Under the pieces are notes generated by a model. It saw nothing but the letters and a program-made list of their open reading frames with translations, was not told the DNA's origin and made no database searches. A DNA stretch of 63,459 nt, counting the filler, from Octopus bimaculoides (Eukaryota), in assembly GCF_001194135.2 (NCBI RefSeq). It is 6 parts of 5 records of this genome, joined end to end, with 100 filler letters (N's around TTAATTAATTAA, not from the genome) between each part and the next. Parts side by side here need not be neighbours in the genome. Positions count along the whole stretch, not along the records: positions 12,743 to 39,969 come from NC_068983.1; 5 more parts are not named here. One strand, written 5' to 3'. Position numbers and translations under genes: made by a program. This document shows, in pieces, positions 21,836 to 35,476 of this stretch. Every line of letters begins with the position of its first letter. The first letter of the stretch is position 1.

Positions 21836-24800
21836 TTCAAAACAATTTCTATTTATTCGTTTTTGATGATGTTTTTCCAAGCAATAACTATTTGGTGCCT
21901 CTACTGTAGAACCTATCGTTCATTTCTGCTGATTGTAGGTTTGGGTTACGAAAGTTAGTTTATCGGGTGGTGTCCAACTTTTCTTTGTGTTTCAACCAGA
22001 AAGTACAGCACTCTTAAGTTAAAGAGCTGGCAATAATAGTTAGTCATGGCTACACATCTTTTTCAGTACCAGAAATAGGCTCTTTTCACTGCCTCGAACG
22101 ATCTGCGAGAAACCCTTTTCTTTTTCCTTCTTTCTAATCCCAGCTGCTGAGCGTTTTCTCCTCTCTATAATAAAGTGAATAAATGGAGTTAGATTCACAT
22201 AAGTCTGTTGCCTTTTCCCTATCACCGGCTTCAAAATATCAACCCGTCTCAATATTGGTTCAGTGCAGTTTTGTATTCTGCCTTGTATGTGCAGGAAAGT
22301 GTCTGTTCCTATCCGTAACCGGCACAGTGGATCCATTCTCATTACCCAATCTACTCTCTTGATCTTATCAAAGATTGTTTGATATAGTGACCCAATTTGA
22401 AAGTACTAACCAATGCAAAATATTTTTGCAAATATATCATTTAAGTCAATTGTTATGTCATTTGGAAAACAAGAACTTAATTATCTGTATCGACAATACA
22501 AGCTCAACTAATGGCAACAAAGATTTTTGGAACCTCTGTACAAAACGATATATTCTTAGGTGTTACACTCAATGAACCTATTTGCCATATTCACGTGTTA
22601 TTGACCCGAGCTTTTTACCTGTATTCATGTGTCTCACTTTCAAAAATAGCTTCATTCAATAAAGTACCAATCATTTGAACTACGCTGTATATTCATGATG
22701 AAGTTGTAGAGGACACACTCTTTGCAGGCGACTTTGTCTATTTTTACAGGTTTTCTGTCTATAAAGAGCAGCACACAAACAAATGGCTCAGAAGAGTTAA
22801 TACTTTTATGAGACTGGGGTAATTTATCACATAAACAAAAAAATATATAATTATAGACTTTTGGTCATGCGCCTGTGTCAGAAACTATCAAAGGAAATGG
22901 ATTGGTAGAATCCTTAGATCAATTGAAAATTTGAAATTTTAATATTTGATGTTTGAATATAAAATTAGTTTCCTTACATATTTAATAAAACAATGAAACT
23001 TGCGAACGAAATGTTTATTGACGACTTTATATTCAATAGAATATTTTAAAATAAATTTCACATTTAACTTGTTTATAAACCGATATAAATTTCACATTTA
23101 ATTTGCGTATAAACTGACAAACTCGTTTTGTTATTAATGTACGTATCATTTTTTAATAATTTTTTTAATGGAGGGGATGCAAAATCGCAAAAAGTAGAAC
23201 ATTTTAAGCCAAAATTTCATGACAATTTAAAAGAAAAAGTTTAGATGGCAGTAACTCAGCACATGTCTAATATACATAAACTTTTCTCACTTAATGAAAT
23301 CTAAGTTCAAATCCGTCGTAAGTCAGCTTTACCTGTCAGCCTTCTGTGTATAATATGGTACCAGTCATGTATTAGGATCGATATAATTGAATAATCCCAA
23401 CCCATAAACTTTTGGCCGTGTGCCCATGTCAGAAACTATCAAAGGAAATGACTTAGCAGAGTCCTTAAAACATTCCTCCTTTTAAATTTTCATTTATGAG
23501 TGAATTCATTTAGCATAAAATATCGAGTAACTCACACTTTATCATTTAAAACATAGATAGTGTTGTCAACGTACACTATGTCTGATCTCAAAAGTATGAT
23601 TACCACAGTTACATTTTTAATCACAAATATCCTCTATCAGAACTGACCCGCGACTAAATAACAACGACAATCATGGTCATCGATAAAAAAATCAAATTTA
23701 CTTTATCCAGTCTCAACGATAACATTCTTTATCAACGATGCAAATTTGTGGCAATGGACAATAAGTGAATGCAAAAGAAGGGCTTATGCTAAGGATTCAA
23801 AGCCTGCTCTTTATAATAGGAATGCGCTGCTGTTGATTTAATTGAATTCTATACAGTTTCTAAAGAGTTAAATAAGTTCAATTGTTTTGTGATGTGAAGA
23901 ATATAGCGACTAGGGCACTTGCTGTTCTGAATGTAAGGAAGTAAGTGTATTGGTGCTTCAGCTGTAAGCTGGTGGAAGCAAAACAACGGGGAAAACATTA
24001 TCTTTACGTTTATCTGTATATTTAAATTTACCAGGACTGGCGTTATCCTTATTCGATTATACTAAACGTCTACAAAAGAAAAAAGAAATAATTATTCTAT
24101 AGGTTTATTATTTTTACATTTCATGTCATTGGTTTCATTGATGGGATTCCGGTGATACTGGGGATTCGTCTTCATCAGTTTTAGTCGATTATAACGAACT
24201 AAGTATTTTGCCTGGTATATATTTCATTGACTTAGGATGGGGACACAAGATGAACACAACAAAACGTAACAGGCCACTGAAACAGATCGAAATATCACGA
24301 AGTATTTTCGGAGGACACATCAATTGCCTTCCATTCCACACGGGCATGCATACAGATCGGCACCTTTCACGGGATTCCTCACAGATTCCGTCTACCAAGT
24401 GACACTGAAAACTAATAAGCTTATTAGACTCGAGGATACACACCCACATTCTCTCCTAGTAACTTCGAATCTCTTAGTTGCAGATATACCTGCTTAATTG
24501 CACAGCAATTTCGATCAATATCTAATTTATCTTTTGCTGTTTTTATATTTTAGAAAATTTCACTTCATTCAATAAAGATATCGCAAATATTTATCTATTT
24601 GCTTTCTAATCAGATAATTATCTTAAATAAACAGTTTTCGCATAAATATATTTCAAATAATATTGAAACGCCTCGTGACTACATTTGTCTTATATTTCAC
24701 TTTATTGTGAAACCATTTATTTCTTTTATCTAATTATCTCACTTCCTTCTTTCACGTCTGTACTCTAGGCGTAAAAAGCCGGGAACTAACGGCACCTACT

Positions 24801-25068
24801 TGCATGAAAATTTTCACACATACCCAGAAAGAGTAGCGTCACTTCCCATCTGAAGAAATTTGCCGATGCGGCATAAGTTTTGGAGGAAAAAAAAACGGAT
24901 ACTTTTTTTAACACATCTCGAATATGTTAAATTATGGTGGATAAGCACCCTATAATATATGTAGTGTATATGAGTTTAATTATTAGCATATACTTAATAT
25001 CCAATATATCGTTATATTACAATATTTATGAGCAGAATAGGTTGATATATGCATATATGTATGTATGT

Positions 25069-25112
<44 letters not shown>

Positions 25113-26059
25113 GTGTGTATGAGTGTGTGTATACACAAATAGTTTGGCTAAAGCGATTGTTCATAATAGCTTATTTGTGAAATGCAAAAATTTCACGAAT
25201 GATTCATGATTTAGTTCTGCTTTGCATACACTTTAATTAGATTACATCTATTATCATTTAGGTCCACGTAACCATGCGGTTCAGCGAAAGAGAAAGGAAT
25301 AGAATAACTACCAAGCTGAACAAAGAAAATAAGAACTGTGGTTTGATTCGTTCAATTAAAATTCTTCAAAAGTGGTGCCCCAGCAGCCATATTTCAGCAA
25401 TTAGGCCGTGGTCATGCTGGGCACCACCTTGAAGAATTTTNNNNNNNNNNNNNNNNNNNNNNNNNNNNNNNNNNNNNNNNNNNNNNNNNNNNNNNNNNNN
25501 NNNNNNNNNNNNNNNNNNNNNNNNNNNNNNNNNNNNNNNNNNNNNNNNNNNNNNNNNNNNNNNNNNNNNNNNNNNNNNNNNNNNNNNNNNNNNNNNNNNN
25601 NNNNNNNNNNNNNNNNNNNNNNNNNNNNNNNNNNNNNNNNNNNNNNNNNNNNNNNNNNNNNNNNNNNNNNNNNNNNNNNNNNNNNNNNNNNNNNNNNNNN
25701 NNNNNNNNNNNNNNNNNNNNNNNNNNNNNNNNNNNNNNNNNNNNNNNNNNNNNNNNNNNNNNNNNNNNNNNNNNNNNNNNNNNNNNNNNNNNNNNNNNNN
25801 NNNNNNNNNNNNNNNNNNNNNNNNNNNNNNNNNNNNNNNNNNNNNNNNNNNNNNNNNNNNNNNNNNNNNNNNNNNNNNNNNNNNNNNNNNNNNNNNNNNN
25901 NNNNNNNNNNNNNNNNNNNNNNNNNNNNNNNNNNNNNNNNNNNNNNNNNNNNNNNNNNNNNNNNNNNNNNNNNNNNNNNNNNNNNNNNNNNNNNNNNNNN
26001 NNNNNNNNNNNNNNNNNNNNNNNNNNNNNNNNNNNNNNNNNNNNNNNNAAAAGATATAA

Positions 26060-26100
<41 letters not shown>

Positions 26101-26189
26101 ATATCTTTTACTTTTTTATATTTATATATAATTCTTATTTGCGTTTGCAAATCACATATCGTACCTTTCTCTTTTTTTTTCTTTTATGA

Positions 26190-29130
26190 ATGAGCTACTC
26201 CACGTCGGTCACCAGAGTGACATTTGATCACTTTATAGAGTGTCTGAGTGTCGGTTTGGTATCTGGAATGGGATCGCTTACCCCATGGGCACGTAGAAGC
26301 TCTTTAACCTTGGTTGGTAATCTACCTAGGAGAAGGAAATCTCTGAAATAAGACGTTCCTGGATTTATCAATTTTCATGTCACACCGGCGAAAGTCTTCT
26401 TGTGTCAATAGGTGTGGGTAGTGCAATGCAAGCTACATCCACTGAAAATTATTCGTCTGTATAGGTACTTCCTGTACTCCAAATTTAGTAAAACCATTCA
26501 ATTGGTTGGTTGGCAGAAACCTAAAAATGCACTTGTAACTTACTCTAAAATGTCTTAATGAGATTCAGTAAATGGCAAAAAAAGGCTTGGGAACGTCAAG
26601 GGAGCAGGTCTGGCTTGGCAGGTGTCCCAGTGTATCACAGGCTGGACTCGGTCGTCATCCTGCCACTGTGGTCAAACACTCTTCAAGAAAAAAATAAAAA
26701 TAAACATCCCTTGAATATCGGTTGGTGGAATGTGCGCACACTTCTTGATAATTTCAACAAGAGGCCAGAAAGGCGTACTGCACTTATTGCATGTGAGCTC
26801 AAGAAATATTCCCTTGATATAGCTGCAACTCTCTGAAACTCGTCTCTCTGGTGGGGGGTCAAGCAAATGAACCTACTTATGGATATACTATCTTTTGGAG
26901 AGGCCTACCTAAGGGTCAGCGTAGAGAATCTGGTGTTGGGTTTGTTCTCAAAAATACATTAGTATCCTCCATTGTAGAGCTTCCAAGTGGTATATCTGAT
27001 CGGATCATGTTATGCCATATTAAACTGACAAAAAGTAGGTTTCTTACCGTTCTCAGTATTTATGCATCAACAATATCCCATTCTGGTGAAACTGTAGGAC
27101 AGTTTTATGACTATCTAGCACGATTATTGAGGAAAGTACCAAGCTGGTCGTATTGGGAAATTTCAATGCAAGAGCTGGAAAAGACTATGTTTCATGGCCT
27201 GTTTTAGGTCGACATGGGATTGAAAAGCGCAATAAAAATGGAGTAGCTCTTTTGATGTTTTGTACTGAGAATAATCTGGTTGTCACCAACACTCTGTTTA
27301 AGCAGAAAAATAAATATAAAACCACCTAGATGCACCCAAGATCTAAGCACTGGCATCTCATAGATTATACTCTGATCAGGAAACGTGATATGAAAGACGT
27401 TTCTAGCGTTCGGGTCATGAGAGGGGCAGAGAGCTGGACTGACCATCATCTACTGCGTGGCAAAATAGATTTTTCGATAAAACCTAAAAACCGACAGTCT
27501 GATCCTAAAGTACCAAAAAAGTTAAATGCTGCAAACCTTAAATTATCAGTGCTATAGAAAGTATCAATCTTAACCCAAACAATCTATGGGAAGATTTCAA
27601 ACCAAAGTATTTCAGGCTGCAAGTTCTTCAGTGGGATTTAAATCTCGGTTCTCAGACAGATTAGCAGAAATTCACTATCTACTTTTAGAAAAACAAAACT
27701 TAGGCAATACACTTCTTTCTCAGTTCTTGAACTCGAATTCAGAAAGCTGAAAAGGAAAGTGCAGACTGCACTGAGGAAAATTTAACAGGAATGGTGGAAT
27801 GATAAAGTAAAAGGGGCACAAGAAGCAGCTGATAAAAATTATGTCAAGAGTTCGTACTCTTATGTTAAGGAGGTATATGGCCCAAAATCTTCCTCAATAA
27901 CTCTAGTGAGACCAGCAAATGGAAGTTTTCTTCTTACCGACACTGCTTCTATTCATAGGCGTTGGGTAGAACATTTTTCTGCACTTTTAAAGAGACCATG
28001 ATCTGTTGACATGAGGACGATAGAAAAAATTGAACACCTTCCAGTTATAGAAGAGATGGTATTTGAACAAACTTTAAATGACATTTATTTAGCTGTGAAT
28101 AAACTGAATAACAATAAGTCTCAAGGGTCTGATGGAATCTGTGCAGAAGTCTTGAAATATGGGGTGACAAAATGTTTGAACTCCGAAATATATTAATTTG
28201 TCACTGTTGGAGAACTGAGAACTGATGCCATTTTAGTTGCCTTGTATAAATCGGGGCCAAATGATCTGTGTGGTAATTTTCGTGAGATTTCGCTTTTGTC
28301 TGTGGTTGGAAAGGTACTTGCCCGCATTTTGTTAGAACGTCCAAATACCTTTATAGTTCCAAATATAGTATCTGAGTCTCAGTGTGGTTTTCGTTCCTCC
28401 AGGGGCACGGCTGATTGTATCTTTACTGTCAGACAATTACAACAAGAAAAGTGCATGGAACAGAATCTTGCTCTATACTGTTGCTTTGTTGATTTGAGCA
28501 AAGCATTCGATACTGTTAATCGAAAGGCTCTGTAGCTAATTCTAAGGAAAATAGGTTGCCCAGAAAAATTTGTAAACATTGTCAGGGCTTTGCATCAAGA
28601 TATGAAATCTAGAGTTAATTTTGGTGGTAGGCTCTCTGAATCTTTTGCTGTGGAAAACAGAGTAAAGCAAGGAGACCTTGATGCACCAATCCTCTTTGCA
28701 ATATACTTTGCTGTTGTGTTGTCACATACTTTTCAAAACTCTGAGGAGACTATTTACATAAAATATCGAACAACAGGGAATGTTTTTAATCTGACTAGAA
28801 TGAAATTTAAAACGAAGGTTTTTACTTCACTCATCAGGGAACTTTTCTATGCTGACGGTTGCGATCTTGTCAGTCATTCTGAAACAGGTCTACTATCTCT
28901 TGTATCTGCATTTAACTCAGCTTGTCATGATTTTGGCTTGACCATCAACTTGAAAAAAAAACAGTTGTAATGCATCAACCTGCGTGTGGTGCTGCTTTTT
29001 GTAACACCCGCTAAAATTTTTGTTATGGGAAAATTACTTGAGGGTGTCGATTCGTTCGTCTACCTTGGAAACTCTGTTCAAAATGATGGAAATCTTGATA
29101 CAGAAATACAGATGCGAATTCAAAGGGCAT
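26190..29130 (+). mobile_element. RTE-clade LINE, near full-length but 3'-truncated and decayed (APE endonuclease + RT)
   Basis: NIGWWNVRTLLD..RPERRTALIACEL, ESGVGF, WHLIDY (endonuclease); ESQCGFRSSRGTADCIFTVRQL, FVDLSKAFDTVNR, VKQGD..PILF, LFYADG (RT). Many stops and frameshifts. Confidence 0.92.
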
Positions 29131-29520
29131 TTGCATCCCCGTCTATTCCTATCTCTGTCCACGTAGTCTAGATGCATGTCCAAGGTAGCATTCCAATCCC
29201 CCACTCAAAAGTAAAGGATGAGACGTTCATAGGAATATTTCTAGACGTCGAACGAAATCCGGCCGACCTGTTAAAGCTTTTTATTCATATGCCGACACTT
29301 GGACAAATTTGCATTTTTTCATATNNNNNNNNNNNNNNNNNNNNNNNNNNNNNNNNNNNNNNNNNNNNNNNNNNNNNNNNNNNNNNNNNNNNNNNNNNNN
29401 NNNNNNNNNNNNNNNNNNNNNNNNGTTACTGAGTAAGATGCTTTCTTGCTTTCATATTTTAAGACAAGTTTTATTATTATTATTATTATTATCATTATTA
29501 TTATCATTATAATAATAATA

Positions 29521-29567
<47 letters not shown>

Positions 29568-29609
29568 TATTATTATTATTATTATTATTATTATCATTAT
29601 TATTATTAA

Positions 29610-29980
29610 ATAAAAGCTATTGCACGCTAATCTAAATAGAAACGATGTTATTTTGAGGGTTAAGGTTGCGGTTTGATGACAACATGACTCCTCCAATCTC
29701 GAATTTTTTCTGAAGATTCTTGTATCCTGTATGACGGCATTCCTTTTCTCTAGACTGACAGGACATGTGTCAATTATAATATTCTTTAAATCTTAGACAT
29801 CAGTTTAGGTGATGTATCCAGCAATGTTTGCCTTTGCGTTTCATAATCTTTCCACCTAACTTGGTACTGATACTTCACAATTTACTCAGTTTCTTTTATA
29901 TTCACTGGAATATATATCATATGGAATTGCAAAATCAATGATATTCTCTCTTCCTTTAATGCTCCCTTGTAAGATAGATT
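29610..29980 (-). mobile_element. R4/Dong-type 3' end (decayed)
   Basis: Minus strand IIDFAIPYD... then AVIQDTRIFRK, a UTR, and the TAA-type array at 29470-29610. Confidence 0.55.
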
Positions 29981-30409
29981 TGACAAGATTCATCATCTAT
30001 CGGTGACCTTATTCTGTTAATGGTTACCAGGCTACCAAATTCCCGAATGAGTGGAATTATCTGCCCATTGGGAGAGTGATTAGTGTACGGAGGCTCTAGC
30101 AGTCGTATCTGATCGTCCTTCATGTAAGTTTCTGGTTAAAGTTTTAAAAACAATTTTTTTTTAAATCGAAATTCTATTACCTATGAATGTTAAGAATTAA
30201 AGAAGAAACGAGAACGCATTTAATGGTACATACAATAAAGTGAAACTTCTTAGAATTTCACTTAGAAAAAATATGTAAGTTTGTCCATATGATTTGAAAT
30301 TTTTATAACGGTTTGTGTATTTTTAAATCAATTCAATTAAAAACCTGCAGTCATTTGCTAACTGCAAAGATAGCCGAAGGAAATATCTGAGTGTCTGTCA
30401 CTCACTCGG

Positions 30410-30472
<63 letters not shown>

Positions 30473-31447
30473 TCATGTTTCTCTCCCCTCTCTTTTTCGT
30501 GCTCTCTCATCTTTTCTCTCTTTATCTTTTCTCCTCTCTTTCTCCTGCCCCCTCTTTCTTCGAACATAACTTTGAGATTACTCCAAGCTTTTGGAAATAT
30601 TCTATGAAACAAGAATAATCAGGAAGCGTATAGCATATGGAAGACATCTTATATTATCTGAGGGCAGTTTGTTAAGGTTACTTGCTTTACATTGACAGCA
30701 ATTGTTACTAACTTTATACTGATAGGAAAATTCTTCAAGGCAATTTATCAGACAAAATACAAAAGGAATTTTCAGAAGTATTAGAAAAAAAAAAGTAAGC
30801 ACAGGGATGCTTATATAACATTGTCCTCTTTCTTAAAGGGACTATTAAAAGTGAAATATCAGTGATAATTGCAAATGAGTTGATCGATTTGCATGCAATA
30901 AACAGCTTCAATTTACTACGAAAGAAACTATTTACATATTAAACCGTTGTATTTACATATTCAACCATTACACTTATAAATTAAGCCATTCATTTACATA
31001 TTAAACTAAAATCAGAAAAAAAACAAAAATATAATTTATTATGTTAATGTATATATTGGTTTCATTAAAAGACCCACTTCAAAAAATAAAATCAGACATT
31101 TTAATATGTAAATGACATAGTTACTTTCGTTTAACAACTCAGCTTATATTTTTTAATGTATGATCGATTAAGTTAATTCCCTTTAAAACTGATATTTATG
31201 CAAATTTCTTTTTAATGGTGGGAGGTTCTACATGGTTGCCTGGTCTAATCTAAATAACTAACAAATGTGTTTAGAATCACACATTTTCCATTCTTGGGCC
31301 GTCAGTTTTGCCGATGCTGGAAGGGCACTCGTCATCTTTAGCACTTTCAACCGGATGGAGCTCATATCTCTCAACTGGTCTGTCAGTTCTAATTTGTTCC
31401 AGAGAGAAAAACAGAGAGGAAGAGAGGGAGAGAGAGAAAGTGAGAAG

Positions 31448-31503
<56 letters not shown>

Positions 31504-32135
31504 AGCCCCAGTATAATAACTTTATTTATTGATCCCCATAAAATGAATTACTAAGTTGAATTTAGTAAGATTTTAACTCATAGGCAAGAGTGTCAGAACA
31601 AGTACCGCAAAGCATTCATTCCGATGCTATAAAGATTATACCAGTTCACTTACTACATTTATTTCAAATAACACTCTATCACCTTTCACAAACGTGAAGG
31701 GCAGATATACTATGCCTAAACATTAAAAAGAAAACAACGTGTTACAGATGGAACTTCATTCATCATAGGTCTCCTCGTTGATTATAGCTCTCCTGGAGGT
31801 CGAACGACAATTTTTTCTACAACAGAATTCTCACTTATTACGCCATTGTTATACTTTAAAACACTTCACAACTTACAAACAGGTTACAAAGTGAAATAAA
31901 TTGATTTGACATGAAGAAGAGAATAGGCCAGAAGCTGGCGTCCAGCAACCTTTATCACTGTGTAAACACCTTGTACTTATTATTTGCTCATGCAGACCAT
32001 TCACTAGTTTATTCGATTTGATTATTTCGCTCGAAAACTCAGTTTACGAAGCTTACAACTAATTACATGATAAAATATCTATAAAATATGAATATCGTAA
32101 ATGCAGATGATGAATTTTTCTAAATATGAATTTAA

Positions 32136-32357
<222 letters not shown>

Positions 32358-33714
32358 TAAAAATTGCCTCAGACCCATCTGGGGTACGAAAATATGTATC
32401 GTATACACACATATATGTGTGTGTATGTGTGTGTGCGCGCGCGCACGTGCATGTGTGTGTGTGTGTGTGTGTGTGTGAAACCAAGAAAGAATTAAATTGC
32501 ATGAACGGCATATATATATATACACACACACACGATGGACTTCCATACAGTTTCCGTCGACAGATTTCGTTGACAAGGCAATGGTCGGCCTGGAACTATA
32601 GTAGAAGTAACATATTCAAGGTGTCCCGTGATTCTAAAGTAAGCTTCTTAACCACATAGCCATGCCTGCGGCTATTTCTTTAAGAGATTTCTTATCAGCT
32701 GTTGGAACTGACACTTTGATTTGGCGGCATTTCTTTCTCGGAAAGCCGTAGACAAAAGGTTTTTGTTAGATTAGCCTTGATTTCCTTGTCTGTGCGCATA
32801 GCATCTTCTATATTATTGCTATTTTATCATTCTCTGAGACATTTTTTTTGTGTATGCATGTAGCATCCCTGTCAGTGTACCATCCCTGCACCATTTCTGT
32901 TTGTGGATCATAATTCTGTCACAACTTCTACTGTATTCGAACCCCAACTGTGCATTTCAAGTAATTTTATTCTTTCTTGTTTCCACATATTTGGTTATTC
33001 TTATATTCTGCTTTTTTTTATTTTTCACTGGCACACTGGCATTTATCTTATGCTGCAGTCATTAATTCTTCGGTATCACTTTTGAGTCGTACGTTTCCCA
33101 ACCAAGCTGTTTTTATTATAATTATTTTATTTATTGACTACTTCAACTCTGTTTATCTTTTTCCGTTATTGGTCATACTAGAACTTTTCTTGTCATCTTT
33201 TTATCATAACTTCCGTAGCACCATTTTTTGCTTAGATTTTCTCATTTCCCTATTTCTAAAGTTGTTTCACATTTTTTCCTTTCGTTCATGTCTTTTGTTT
33301 CGTATTCATTGTCCTTCTTGAACGTAAAAATCTTTTTTTCTCTTTTTCTTTCTGTTTTCTTGTTTCCAAACAGTTTCTAGGAATTTTCTGTAATCTTTTA
33401 TGGATATTTTTGTATTTTTACAGTGGATATTTTTATGTTTATCCTCTAGAAACAAAGTCTAATATCTTTCTAATTCAGACTTTGAGTGGCGTATTCTAAA
33501 TGCTGTTATTTTATTAGTGTCTTCTTTTTAAGTTTGTTAATTAATTTAGCATCCAATAAAGAACATTTCAAATATAACTTATTACAGAAACTTTTGTAAT
33601 ATTGATGCCTCTTACTCATTTTTTAAGAATAAATCTAATGTCTCTAATATTTCCTTTAATTATTTCTTTCATTTTTGTGTTGAAGTCTGTCTAGTTTATT
33701 GATTCCTTAAGGAA

Positions 33715-33880
33715 GGAATTTCATCCATGTTTCGTGGTCTGCTACCACAACAGCTCCTTTATAGGATCCAGTTAGCTCAAGACATCATCAGGAAGAACCA
33801 CGTCCGGTTTCGGCCCCTACTCCTCTACCGTTTTGACGTGGCGGAGCCACCCCCTTTCGGAGGTGTCTTCAGCTCTGGTG
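33715..33880 (-). ncRNA. Two tandem decayed hammerhead-like motifs, probably a PLE terminus
   Basis: Minus strand CTGAAGA...GAAAC-CG-GAC, immediately followed by TTCTTC-CTGATGA-TGTCT..GCTA...TAGC-AGAC-CAC-GAAAC-ATG. Cleavage triplets are degenerate. Confidence 0.3.
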
Positions 33881-33939
33881 TTGGATAATACTTACATGTG
33901 CGTGTGGGTAGGTGTGTATGTGTATTTATTTCTTTTTTG

Positions 33940-34291
33940 CCCACAGGAGGCTAAACATAGAGGGGACAAACAAGGACAGACAAAGGGATTGAGTCGACTA
34001 CATCGACCCCAGTGCGTAACTGGTACTTATTTAATCGACCCTGGAAGGATGAACGGCAAAGTGACCTCGGCGGAATTTGAATTCAGAATGTAACAGCAGA
34101 CGAAATACCTATTTCGTTATTGCCCACAAGGGGCTAAACATAGAGGGAACAAACAAGAACAGACGAACGGATTAAGTCGATTACATCGACCCCAGTGCGT
34201 AACTGGTACTTAATTTATCGACCCCGAAAGGATGAAAGGCAAAGTCGACCTCGGCGGAATTTGAATTCAGAATGTAACAGCAGACGAAATA
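33940..34291 (-). mobile_element. SINE family A, tandem two-unit form
   Basis: Two ~175-bp units in tandem with junction ACGAAATA-CC-TATTTCGT at 34100-34117; runs into a gap. Confidence 0.85.
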
Positions 34292-34483
34292 NNNNNNNNN
34301 NNNNNNNNNNNNNNNNNNNNNNNNNNNNNNNNNNNNNNNNNNNNNNNNNNNNNNNNNNNNNNNNNNNNNNNNNNNNNNNNNNNNNNNNNNNNNNNNNNNN
34401 NNNNNNNNNNNNNNNNNNNNNNNNNNNNNNNNNNNNNNNNNNNNNNNNNNNNNNNNNNNNNNNNNNNNNNNNNNNNNNNNNNN

Positions 34484-34532
<49 letters not shown>

Positions 34533-34618
34533 TGCGTGTGCGTGTATACGTACGTTGCTAAACGTCGGAATGATTAGAAGGATATTTCTGCAACAATTAG
34601 AAAGGTGTGTACAATATA

Positions 34619-35476
34619 CGAGGTCTGATTAATAGGTATTGCTATAGCAACGAAGCTAAAACACACAGAATAAAGCCGCGTGGCACAGATTGACCTTGAA
34701 ATGTACTGTGCATGTGCACTAAGTCTTAACGTTCTAGTTTACTTCTGCTACTTACAACAATACTTTGAAAGAAGGTGTGTAGCATGTGATCGTCGCATGG
34801 ACCATGAGAGAGGAGGTTGTCATGACGATACCTGCTCAGAAGCCTACGCAAAGCTGCAGAAAGTGTATGGAGAGGAGTGTATGCGCTGCTCACAAGTTTA
34901 CGAGTAGTTCAGACGTTCCAAGATTGCTGAAAGAATGTCGATATTGACAAACGTTCCGGGAGACCCGCAACCAGCAGAACTGGAAAAACATCGCAGACGT
35001 GCGTGCAGTTGTGAGGGAAAATCATCGAATCACCCATCTGTGAGTTATCAGAGGATTTGTAGATTAGTTACGGTTCAGTTCAGTCCATTATCACTGAAGA
35101 TTAGGGTATGAGACGCGTGTCTGCCGACCAAAAAGACACTCGGGTTTCAGTTACACAAGATCTCTTTGATTGTGTCTAGAACGATGAAAACTTTTTGAAA
35201 ATTTTGCGTAGGCCTCTGAGCAGGTATCATCAAGCTTTTGGCAAAATTTGATGCAGATTCTCTGCTCAACTTTCTCTGTCATTGTCAATGCGGTGATCAC
35301 ACTCTACACACCTTCCTTTCGAGTACTGCTGTAAACAGTGGAAGTGAGCTAGAACATTAAAACTTAGTGCGCATGCACAGCAGGGTTCAAGATCAACCTG
35401 TGCCAAGCGGCTTCACTCTGTGTGCTTTAGCTTCATTACTATGGTAACAGTCCGGAAACTTATTAACCAGACCACG
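34619..35476. mobile_element. Non-autonomous mariner derivative built from two inverted 5' ends
   Basis: TA flanks at 34617-34618 and 35477-35478. Termini CGAGGTCTGATTAATAG and its near reverse complement. Arms about 34619-34852 and 35201-35476 are reverse complements. Plus-strand transposase remnant KLQKVYGEECM..SQVYE and RSGRP; minus-strand MTEKVEQRICIKFCQKL. Confidence 0.85.

Noticed and set aside
24120-24185. Minus-strand CTGATGA...GAAAC motif
   Set aside because: The intervening GGGATTC copies are direct repeats rather than a stem; no stem I.
33940-34291. CRISPR-like or satellite array
   Set aside because: Units are SINE bodies with no unique spacers; eukaryotic context.
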